Virus record (IMG/VR): IMGVR_UViG_3300014205_000173
Source: a virus
Lineage: Duplodnaviria; Caudoviricetes
DNA length: 64,000 nucleotides
Strand: one strand, 5' to 3'
This document shows, piece by piece, positions 53,142 to 60,772 of the stretch. The translations under genes and the position numbers were made by a program. Under the pieces are notes generated by a model. The model was not told the origin of the DNA and did not search any database. It saw only the letters and a program-made list of their open reading frames with translations. The first letter of the stretch is position 1. Each line of letters opens with the position of its first letter.

Positions 53142-53942
53142 CTACCATTTTATATTTTCAATACACATCAAAATCTTTTGAATATCAGCACAATAAAATC
53201 CCGCACAATTAATACATCCACATTCAATGATTTTACATCCTTCATCCGTTAACGCAATATCCATTACAAATGCCTTTGCAAGCTGATAGACATCAACCAT
53301 TTTTTGGCAAAAATTTGCTGATTCTTCATCAACCATATCTATAATAGATACTCTTCCGTTCATTTTATATTGACTTCCAGTAATTACTTTACCATCTACA
53401 ATATAAAATCTAAATTCCCTATAAATTTTTTTTGGAGAAGAAATCTGAATCATAGTTGATTTTCTTGCAAAATCATTATTCCAATGAATATCACGGGACT
53501 TAATCCATTCATCTTTCGTAAAAAATACTTTACCATCAAATTCTTTAGTGTCCAAAGTTGGCCTAATGAATTTTGGACCATCCCATTCCCACTCATCATC
53601 CATTCTACAAACAATGGAATCGTAATTTAGTAGATTAGATCCATATTTATCTCTATAAATTTCAAAATTATGATTCTCAGTCATGAGAGAACCCGGAATC
53701 CAATCGTACTTCTTTGCTAAACGAGCAAGTTTAATTGCTCCAAATACAAATACATCTTTTCTATCTGTTTGAAAATCTAATTCTTCAATAAAATGACGAA
53801 CATTGATAAATTCATGATCCAAACCTAGTCTTTCTAGTGACGCAACAAGATTCCTATATCCATTTTCACAAAAAAGATTATTCTGTACTAGATAAAACAT
53901 ATCAAATCTTCCTATACATATCTTTATATAAAAAATAAGCAC
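53142..53942 (-). CDS. ATP-grasp domain protein (DUF4343/R2K-like; likely start 53900)
   Basis: FIRP...K.F.G.V, EFRFYIV, VMDIA, IIE....AGFY. Confidence 0.8.
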   Translation of the reverse strand: MLIFYIKICIGRFDMFYLVQNNLFCENGYRNLVASLERLGLDHEFINVRHFIEELDFQTDRKDVFVFGAIKLARLAKKYDWIPGSLMTENHNFEIYRDKYGSNLLNYDSIVCRMDDEWEWDGPKFIRPTLDTKEFDGKVFFTKDEWIKSRDIHWNNDFARKSTMIQISSPKKIYREFRFYIVDGKVITGSQYKMNGRVSIIDMVDEESANFCQKMVDVYQLAKAFVMDIALTDEGCKIIECGCINCAGFYCADIQKILMCIENIKW

Positions 53943-54022
53943 ATGGAGGGATTCGAACCCCCGAAGAACTTTCGTTCAACTGCTTTGCAGGCAGCTTCAA
54001 TTGACCACTCTGACACATGTGC
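53938..54022 (-). tRNA. tRNA-Cys(GCA) with long variable arm
   Basis: Loop CT-GCA-AA, U73, variable hairpin GAAC-GAAA-GTTC. Confidence 0.82.
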
Positions 54023-54044
54023 AATTCAAACAACTATTATATTT

Positions 54045-54272
54045 TTAATAATCTATCTTTATATTAGGCTTTAACTCTTCTGCATATTCACAACACCTTA
54101 CCCATCTTGCCCAACTCAACGGCTTAATGCGAAGAAGACCTAATCCAACTGGAGCATCTTTCATTTTTTTTAATTGTTCCATTTTATACAAAAAAAATGG
54201 ATAGGTTACATATTGATTAATCCATAAAACAAAAACTCTACAATACCACAACTTACTTTTTTCTATTTTCAT
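54045..54272 (-). CDS. hypothetical protein
   Basis: ORF between tRNAs with AGGAG RBS. Confidence 0.6.
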   Translation of the reverse strand: MKIEKSKLWYCRVFVLWINQYVTYPFFLYKMEQLKKMKDAPVGLGLLRIKPLSWARWVRCCEYAEELKPNIKIDY

Positions 54273-54302
54273 TATTATCTCCTTTTTTCATCTTTTATAA
54301 AG

Positions 54303-54378
54303 TGGTCAGGATGGTCAGGATCGAACTGACGACATCTCGCTCCCAAAGCGAGTGCTCTACCATCTGAGCTACACCCTG
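54303..54378 (-). tRNA. tRNA-Pro(TGG)
   Basis: Stem CTCGC/GCGAG, loop TT-TGG-GA; CCA. Confidence 0.93.
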
Positions 54379-54393
54379 ACAATTCAAAAACTA

Positions 54394-54538
54394 AGGTAAG
54401 AAAAGTGAGATTCGAACTCACACAAATAGGTCTTCCCTGTTTCGAGAAACAAGCAATCACGTTAATTGCCTGTTTTTATCTCTCTCGTCCTTTTTATTAT
54501 AAGGCAAACGGCTATACCAATAACCGAATATTCTTACC
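54394..54538 (-). ncRNA. 145-nt tRNA-like RNA with extra arms
   Basis: Closing stem GGTAAGAA/TTCTTACC, D-like arm CGGTTA-TTGGTA-TAGCCG, perfect T-arm GTGAG-TTCGAAT-CTCAC, three internal hairpins. Confidence 0.7.
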
Positions 54539-54548
54539 AAATTTAAAA

Positions 54549-54625
54549 TGGGGTGGCTGAAGAGGTTCGAACTCTCTACCTTCTGACTCACAATCAGACG
54601 TTCTTCCAAATGAACTACAACCACC
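54549..54625 (-). tRNA. tRNA-His(GTG)
   Basis: Loop TT-GTG-AG, G-1:C73, CCA. Confidence 0.92.
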
Positions 54626-54655
54626 ATAAAATTTTTTGCTCCAATTAAAAAAATT

Positions 54656-54731
54656 TGGCTCCCCCACATGGGCTCGAACCACGAACCTACGGATTAACAA
54701 TCCGCCGCTCTACCGATTGAGCTATAGGGGA
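54656..54731 (-). tRNA. tRNA-Asn(GTT)
   Basis: Loop TT-GTT-AA, G73, CCA. Confidence 0.93.
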
Positions 54732-54739
54732 ACATTAAA

Positions 54740-55187
54740 CAGAGCACCTGATTACTTACTACTACGATTTTCATCGCCAACTTTTAACCTTGGATGAATC
54801 ATCATCTGTATTAAAATGTTGTTTGTAGTCTGGACCATGCCATAACCATGAGTCCTTGCTTGAAACCCATTCCATCCTTAGTAGAAGTTGGTATTTCAAT
54901 AGGATTTCTTTTAGGTCCCTACCGTCTGGCCTCTACACATTCCATATTTCCTAATTCCGAATGGGAATTCAGCCCATTATCTTCTCTTTTGGAGGGAGAC
55001 GCTCTAACTTAAGCTACTTCACAGAAATATGTTAGCTCGGCGTTGTCTCAATGCTAGCTAGTTCATTAGGGAGTTCACCGCAAATATAGAATTTTTTACC
55101 AGAAAATTTATATTTGTTTGATTTGATAGGTTTTTCAATCATAGTTTCCTATGAAAGCTGCTATTCAGTTTACAGTCAGGTGCTCTG
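54740..55187 (-). ncRNA. host of the intron: 12-bp hairpin with Asn anticodon loop
   Basis: Exons 55187-55172 and 54754-54740 join to CAGAGCACCTGA-CTGTTAA-TCAGGTGCTCTG. Confidence 0.75.
54755..55171 (-). ncRNA. group I intron (tRNA-intron/IC3-like, no ORF)
   Basis: P1 CTGT/GCAG with U.G; P10 CTGAATA/TAATCAG; P2 TCATAG-GAAA-CTATGA; Q ACAACGCCGAGCTAA; R TGTAGAGGCCAGACGG; S GCATGGTCC; terminal G. Confidence 0.85.
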
Positions 55188-55237
55188 CAAATTATTAATG
55201 CAAGAGCAAAAAATCTTATTAGTTTTTCAAAGAACAA

Positions 55238-55357
55238 TTTGGTTTGGCAAATTCTATTGTGCTGGATAGTTAGTTTCGTTTACTCGATATCTGACGAATA
55301 CGCAGCGACCCTTGAGACGTTATCTCTTCGAATTATACAACTATCTCTCAAACCAAA
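55238..55357 (-). ncRNA. candidate structured RNA of unknown class (strand inferred)
   Basis: Nested stems TTTGGTTTG/CAAACCAAA and GATAGTT/AACTATC with internal hairpins; GC-richer and non-coding. Confidence 0.45.
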
Positions 55358-55367
55358 AACACTTCAG

Positions 55368-56000
55368 TTACACCTGAATTAATTTATCAGCCAAACTTTC
55401 ATTTCTAGGAACAATAATTTCAAAGTATTTCTCATTAGTTTTAATTATGTGTTCTTTGTCATTAAGTTCCTTATCTGAGTTAACGATATTAATAGCATAA
55501 TCTTTCTTGGAAAAATATTCTGGATTAGACTTAAACAAAGCAACAATCTTTGGATTACTTCTAAATGCAATAGTTTTTTGATTAAAAGTAATAAAAGCTT
55601 TAGTTGGTCCATCGTTGGTTTCAACCATTCCACAAACATTAAAGTTAGGAAATGTCCAAACATTGTCAGAACAAAACTGAAAAAGATAGTGATTAAAATA
55701 CGTATTTTCTTTTTCAAAATGTTCTTTTGTAAAATTATCAAAATTATTTTCAATTTCAAATTCAAGTTTGTTAAAAACATATCCTCTAAAATCAATACCA
55801 GAAAAATCTAAAAAGTCTTTAATTACAAAGCTATTTTTTATGTGAGAAACAATATATTTATCAACCGTTTCTTTAACAAATTTTTTAACAGTCATATAGG
55901 AATATAAATGTTTTTCAGACTTAATTACTTCAAAAACCTTTATCGGGTTTTTAATAATACCCATATTGTCGTGGCAAATATGACCTAACAAAATTTCCAT
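55368..56000 (-). CDS. hypothetical protein
   Basis: 210-aa ORF. Confidence 0.7.
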   Translation of the reverse strand: MEILLGHICHDNMGIIKNPIKVFEVIKSEKHLYSYMTVKKFVKETVDKYIVSHIKNSFVIKDFLDFSGIDFRGYVFNKLEFEIENNFDNFTKEHFEKENTYFNHYLFQFCSDNVWTFPNFNVCGMVETNDGPTKAFITFNQKTIAFRSNPKIVALFKSNPEYFSKKDYAINIVNSDKELNDKEHIIKTNEKYFEIIVPRNESLADKLIQV

Positions 56001-56108
56001 TGTGATTTCCCTTTCAATATTTAGCTATACAGCTAAAGTTGTAAATTATTCTGAGTCATACAACTCACAGTTAAAGTATATTCTAATTCAACATATTATC
56101 TTTTAAAT

Positions 56109-56588
56109 CTAACTTGAAACTGCTTCATTCTCTTCAGAGGGCTTGAAGGAAAGTCCATGAATAGCCTTGTATCGACTAATAGCCTTTAGGTCTCCGATTG
56201 CAAAAACCCTAATCTTTCTACGAAGAGACTTGTCTTCAGTAATACTTTCAAGAGCACGATTTAATGAGATAATTCTACCGCTACGCTTAGTAAATGGATC
56301 GGAAGGACTACAGTAAGCTGTTGCAACTGCAAGTGGTGTGTAACCATCCTTATTAACCTGTTCAATTCTACATTCAACAAAACGGCAAGAAATTACCTGC
56401 CCATTACTACGACGAATTTCCTTAGTATAACTTAGCTTAGGATTTTCTTCGTTTTTCTCACCATAAAAGAATCTAACAGAAATTTCTTTCCCTAACTCTT
56501 CTACCATGAATTTACGCTTCATTGATTTACGCTTCATTGAGGTTTCCTGTTCTTTGTTTAGTTTTTCTGCTCTGTGTTTACTTTTCAT
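56109..56588 (-). CDS. hypothetical protein with A.CSP.D.F....GR.I.L.RA motif
   Basis: Motif recurrent in small phage proteins. Confidence 0.7.
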   Translation of the reverse strand: MKSKHRAEKLNKEQETSMKRKSMKRKFMVEELGKEISVRFFYGEKNEENPKLSYTKEIRRSNGQVISCRFVECRIEQVNKDGYTPLAVATAYCSPSDPFTKRSGRIISLNRALESITEDKSLRRKIRVFAIGDLKAISRYKAIHGLSFKPSEENEAVSS

Positions 56589-56714
56589 TGGAATTTCCTT
56601 TTCTTTGATAGTTTTTGGTGTTTCTTTCGCTCAACTGTTTTTATTCTACACACCCAACTTTACAACACAAGCCCTTTTGGCCACTATTTACGACAATTTC
56701 TTTACAACTTTCAC

Positions 56715-57215
56715 CTAATTAATTATACTATTATATTTTACACAATAACCATTAGAATTTTCTGTTTTAATTAAATTATTATTTGAATCATATTCAAGCT
56801 TTTCCCAATAACCACCAGCACCTTCTTCTTTAATTAAATTATTATTGGAATCATATTCAAACTCTACAAAATAACCACTACTACATTCTTGTTTAATTAA
56901 ATTACCTTTATCGTCAAAATGTTTTTTATAACCCTCTTTTTCTACAATCAAATTAGATAAATTCACTTCTTCTAAAATCTTAATCTTATCAGTTACTGAT
57001 TTATTTCCTTCTGTTTTAATTTCTCCTAAAGCTTCTACCTTAAAAACTTTAGTGTCTTTCTTTGGATAGTAATATTCAAATACATCATATAAGTCTTGAC
57101 AGAAATGAAACCCATTTTTACACATTATTAATTTACCGTCTAAATTATATGTTTGCCCAACTTCATAAAGTTGGTCTTTACATTTACCATTTTCTGTTGC
57201 CTTATAACCAATCAT
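56715..57215 (-). CDS. MIGYKAT-family paralog
   Basis: Same domain and repeats. Confidence 0.9.
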   Translation of the reverse strand: MIGYKATENGKCKDQLYEVGQTYNLDGKLIMCKNGFHFCQDLYDVFEYYYPKKDTKVFKVEALGEIKTEGNKSVTDKIKILEEVNLSNLIVEKEGYKKHFDDKGNLIKQECSSGYFVEFEYDSNNNLIKEEGAGGYWEKLEYDSNNNLIKTENSNGYCVKYNSIIN

Positions 57216-57220
57216 ATTAA

Positions 57221-57946
57221 TTATCCTTTACCATATTCTATGTCAATACATTCATTGTTTTCATCATATTTAAATTTTACCCAATTACCATTAGAATGAT
57301 CTCTTTTAATTAAATTATTATTTGAATCATATTCATCCTTTTCCCAATCACCATCAGAATTTTCATATTTAATTAAATTATTGTTTTCGTCATATTCAAA
57401 CTCTTTCCAATATCCATTAGAATATTGTTCTTTGATTACATCATTATTTGAATTATATTCCTTTTTTGCCCAATTACCATAAGAATATTCTTTTTTAATT
57501 AAATTGCTATTTAAATCATATTCATATTTCTCCCAAGAACCTCCAGAACATTCTGTTTTAATACAATTATTATTTTCATCATATTCAAACCTTTCCCAAG
57601 AGCCCTCAGAAGAATCTTCTCTTTTAATATAATTTCTTTTATCATCAAAATACTTTTTAATACCATATTTTTCTATAATCAAATTAGATAGTTTAACTTC
57701 TTCTAAAATCTTAATTTTATCAGTTACTGATTTATTTCCTTCAGTATCAATATTACCTAAAGCTTCTACATTAAAAACTTTGATATCTTTATTTGGATAG
57801 TAATATTCAAATACATCATATAAGTCTTGACAGAAATGAAACCCATTTTTACATATTTTCATTTTACCATCTAAAGTATATATTTCCCCAACTTCATAAA
57901 GCTGGTTTTTACATTTTCCATTTTTAGTTGCTTTATAACCAATCAT
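57221..57946 (-). CDS. MIGYKAT-family paralog (longest, 241 aa)
   Basis: Same domain, about 6 repeats. Confidence 0.9.
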   Translation of the reverse strand: MIGYKATKNGKCKNQLYEVGEIYTLDGKMKICKNGFHFCQDLYDVFEYYYPNKDIKVFNVEALGNIDTEGNKSVTDKIKILEEVKLSNLIIEKYGIKKYFDDKRNYIKREDSSEGSWERFEYDENNNCIKTECSGGSWEKYEYDLNSNLIKKEYSYGNWAKKEYNSNNDVIKEQYSNGYWKEFEYDENNNLIKYENSDGDWEKDEYDSNNNLIKRDHSNGNWVKFKYDENNECIDIEYGKG

Positions 57947-57968
57947 ATTTATTTTCCTTTTTACCCAA

Positions 57969-58499
57969 TCAACATAAGGATTCTGTTTTAATTAAATTAT
58001 TGTTTGAATCATATTCATATTTTTCCCAATAACCCTCAGAATCTTCATATTTAATTAAATTATTGTTTTCGTCATATTCCCATTTTTCCCAAGAATCACC
58101 AGAATATTCCGCTTTAATTAAATTATTATTTTCATCATACTCAAACTTTTCCCAAAAACCATCAGAATATTCTGTTTTAATATAATTATCTTTGTCATCA
58201 AAATACTTTTTAATACCGTATTTTTCTACAATCAAATTGCTTAAACTAACTTCTTCTAAAATCATAATCTTATCAGTAACTGATTTATTTTCTTCTGTTT
58301 CAATATTACCTAAAGCTTCTATTTTAAAAACTTTAGTGTCTTTATTTGGATAGTAATATTCAAAAACATCAATTAAATCTTTACAAAAGTGAAAACCTTT
58401 TTCACACATTTTCATTTTGCCATCCAAAGTATACGTTTGCCCAACTTCATAAAGTTGGTCTTTACATTTACCATTTTCTGTTGCTTTATAACCAATCAT
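57969..58499 (-). CDS. MIGYKAT-family paralog
   Basis: Same domain and repeats. Confidence 0.9.
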   Translation of the reverse strand: MIGYKATENGKCKDQLYEVGQTYTLDGKMKMCEKGFHFCKDLIDVFEYYYPNKDTKVFKIEALGNIETEENKSVTDKIMILEEVSLSNLIVEKYGIKKYFDDKDNYIKTEYSDGFWEKFEYDENNNLIKAEYSGDSWEKWEYDENNNLIKYEDSEGYWEKYEYDSNNNLIKTESLC

Positions 58500-58975
58500 A
58501 TTGATAGTCCTTTACCATTTATTAATTTAATAGGATTGCTATTTTCGTCATATTCACATTTTTCCCAATAACCCTTGGAATCCTCACGTTTAATTCGATC
58601 ACCATTTTCATTATATTCATATTTTACCCAATAACCATAAGAATATTCTTCTTTAATTAAGTTGCAATTATTATCAAAATATTTTTTATAACCATTTTTT
58701 TCTACAACCATATTACTTAAATTAAGTTCTTCTAAAATCTTAATCTTATCTGTTACTGATTTGCCATATACGGTTTCAGTATTTCCTAAAGCCTCTACTT
58801 TAAAAACTTTTATATTTTTATTTTCTGGATAATAAAAAAATACAGTATATAAATCTTCACAGAAATGAAATCCTCTTTTACATATTTCCATTTCACCATC
58901 TAAAGTATATGTTTGGCCAACTTCATAAAGTTGGTTTATACATTTCCCATTATAAGTTGCTTTATAACCAATCAT
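58496..58975 (-). CDS. MIGYKAT-family paralog
   Basis: Same domain and repeats. Confidence 0.9.
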   Translation of the reverse strand: MIGYKATYNGKCINQLYEVGQTYTLDGEMEICKRGFHFCEDLYTVFFYYPENKNIKVFKVEALGNTETVYGKSVTDKIKILEELNLSNMVVEKNGYKKYFDNNCNLIKEEYSYGYWVKYEYNENGDRIKREDSKGYWEKCEYDENSNPIKLINGKGLSI

Positions 58976-59002
58976 ATAAGAGTGTCCTTTAATTTAAAAA
59001 AA

Positions 59003-59091
59003 TGGAGGTGAGAGTGAGATTCGAACTCACGAAACCTTTCGGTTTGAAGGTTTTCAAGACCTTTGCAATAATCCATCTCTGCCATCTCACC
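59003..59091 (-). tRNA. tRNA-Ser(TGA)
   Basis: Loop CT-TGA-AA, long variable arm, CCA. Confidence 0.9.
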
Positions 59092-59118
59092 ATAATTTTA
59101 ATTAATATTTTTTAAAAA

Positions 59119-59367
59119 CTAATAACCTAATCCATACAAATTATACTCTAAAATTCCTTCTCTTTCTTTAATGATTGACTTCTCTTCCTGTAATGTTATT
59201 TTTTTCCAAAACTTTCTTGGATTTCCACACATAAAACAGCTACAAACTTTAGGTGTATTTGCAAGAACTCCAATTCTTTTTGAGTCATCATGTAACCAGT
59301 TAAAATTTTTTAAAACTGATTTCTTCCTTTTCTGATAAACGAATCTACGCAATGCTCTTTTTGACAT
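59119..59367 (-). CDS. small basic Cys-motif protein
   Basis: CSCFMCGNPRK. Confidence 0.7.
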   Translation of the reverse strand: MSKRALRRFVYQKRKKSVLKNFNWLHDDSKRIGVLANTPKVCSCFMCGNPRKFWKKITLQEEKSIIKEREGILEYNLYGLGY

Positions 59368-59442
59368 ATAAAACTCCTATCATTGGAAGTGGGCGTCACC
59401 CACTTGTAAGTGATAAAAGTTTTTAAGTCAAAATATTCCATT

Positions 59443-59823
59443 TCAAAAAATATCCTTAGACACTATATTCCCAGAAAAATTAAATAACTTTTCTTTAATT
59501 TTCTCTAATTGTTCGTCTGTTGAATCTGCAATTTCTGCTAATACTTGTCCGTGACAAGAAGCATTTTTTTGACAATAACATCCCAAAACCTTTCCCTTTA
59601 GCAGTCTTATTTGCTCTACAGTTGGTGGTTTCATTCCCTTTATTTCAATAATATTTAAAACCCAAAGTCTATAATTATCAACAGCTTGACTTCTGCTAGA
59701 ACATTTAACTATTGCCTTAGTTTCTAGTAAATTTTCATGCGTAAACGGATTCCCATAAATTGTTCCTCTTCCGATTCTAATATCATAATATTCTTCCCTA
59801 AGGTTTACAACAGTTGTTTTCAT
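59443..59823 (-). CDS. DUF4326 domain protein
   Basis: IGR...YGNPF, LKGKVLGCYC...CHG.VL. Confidence 0.85.
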   Translation of the reverse strand: MKTTVVNLREEYYDIRIGRGTIYGNPFTHENLLETKAIVKCSSRSQAVDNYRLWVLNIIEIKGMKPPTVEQIRLLKGKVLGCYCQKNASCHGQVLAEIADSTDEQLEKIKEKLFNFSGNIVSKDIF

Positions 59824-60190
59824 CTAAACCTTCTTGTAAAATATATTTAAATTGTTCTATTCTTCTTTTGCACTCAATACATCTGTCACACAAATCATTA
59901 TTAGAAATATCTAGATCTACATTTAAGTCAAAATATTTTGGGTAAGTTTTCTTTAAATCAGGAATATTTAACAGAGGACTTTTGTGGGACATTCCTCTTT
60001 CAATCATTTCCTTAGCCAAAATATCATGTCTTTCTAAGATGGCATTTAACTGAATTTGCACTACTGGAATAAATCTTTTATCTACACGAAACCCCTTCCT
60101 AAAGCTTGGTAAAAATTTATGCAATTCTCCATGTTCACCAATAAGGTGTTTGTTGCAGAGTTTTTTTGGATCTATCATCCACATTCTCAT
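59798..60190 (-). CDS. denV: pyrimidine-dimer DNA glycosylase (DenV-like)
   Basis: MRMW..P..L..KHL.GEH.E, EM..RG. Confidence 0.75.
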   Translation of the reverse strand: MRMWMIDPKKLCNKHLIGEHGELHKFLPSFRKGFRVDKRFIPVVQIQLNAILERHDILAKEMIERGMSHKSPLLNIPDLKKTYPKYFDLNVDLDISNNDLCDRCIECKRRIEQFKYILQEGLDENNCCKP

Positions 60191-60209
60191 ATGAAATCCA
60201 TTCTATTTT

Positions 60210-60287
60210 TGGTTGGGGAGGCAGGATTCGAACCTTTGCGACATTCGGTTTCAAGGACCGACGTTCCACCAACTGAACTACTCCCCA
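60210..60287 (-). tRNA. tRNA-Gln(TTG), C33 variant with bulged T-stem
   Basis: U1-A72, stem TCGGT/ACCGA, loop CC-TTG-AA; T-stem GCA(AA)GG/CCTGC; CCA. Confidence 0.8.
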
Positions 60288-60325
60288 AAAATTTCTACAT
60301 TTCAATAAATAAGATACGATTTTAT

Positions 60326-60772
60326 CTAATTGCTTGTTTTGTTTCCTTTTTTTGCATTGCAAATAATACACATTGGTTGATAATTAGATATTTTATTTTT
60401 TCCGCCCTTTGATTTAGGAACTATATGATCTTTGGTAATCATAATTTCTTGACCATTTTCATTAACCCCATATAAATTAAAGTGATAAGTTAAAACATTC
60501 TTTGTGTTTTTTTCTAAATGAAATTTAGTTCCTACAATTCCACAACAAACACAAACAACACCCTTTGTTTTAAATAAAATATATCTTTCACTAGTCATTT
60601 TAACTTCATTCCCATCAAAATACATAATGCCTGTTTGGCAATTTAAAGAAGAAAAAACCTCTTCAATATCATATGTTCCAACTCTTTCATATTTCTGATA
60701 TCCATAAGAGCCATCGGGACGAATAAAATTAATTACATCAACCTCTACTAACTCTTTTGGATGTTTAGCCAT
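60326..60772 (-). CDS. HNH endonuclease
   Basis: CVCC..TKDHIVPKSKGG....N...C..CN..K. Confidence 0.9.
   Translation of the reverse strand: MAKHPKELVEVDVINFIRPDGSYGYQKYERVGTYDIEEVFSSLNCQTGIMYFDGNEVKMTSERYILFKTKGVVCVCCGIVGTKFHLEKNTKNVLTYHFNLYGVNENGQEIMITKDHIVPKSKGGKNKISNYQPMCIICNAKKGNKTSN

Noticed and set aside
54275-54700. Minus-strand ORFs 54275-54460, 54457-54669 and 54512-54700 (also 60135-60371)
   Set aside because: They run through tRNA genes and the tRNA-like RNA, so they are not credible proteins.
54740-55187. RNase P RNA or tmRNA
   Set aside because: It lacks the GAGGAAAGTCC P4 signature and a tmRNA tRNA-like end; group I motifs explain the sequence.
55290-55335. Hammerhead ribozyme (CTGACGA on the plus strand)
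   Set aside because: No correctly placed downstream GAAA or stem II/III arrangement.
1-58975. Diversity-generating retroelement explanation for the MIGYKAT family
   Set aside because: No reverse transcriptase or non-coding template repeat is in the window, and differences are not visibly restricted to adenines; it cannot be excluded for the rest of the genome.
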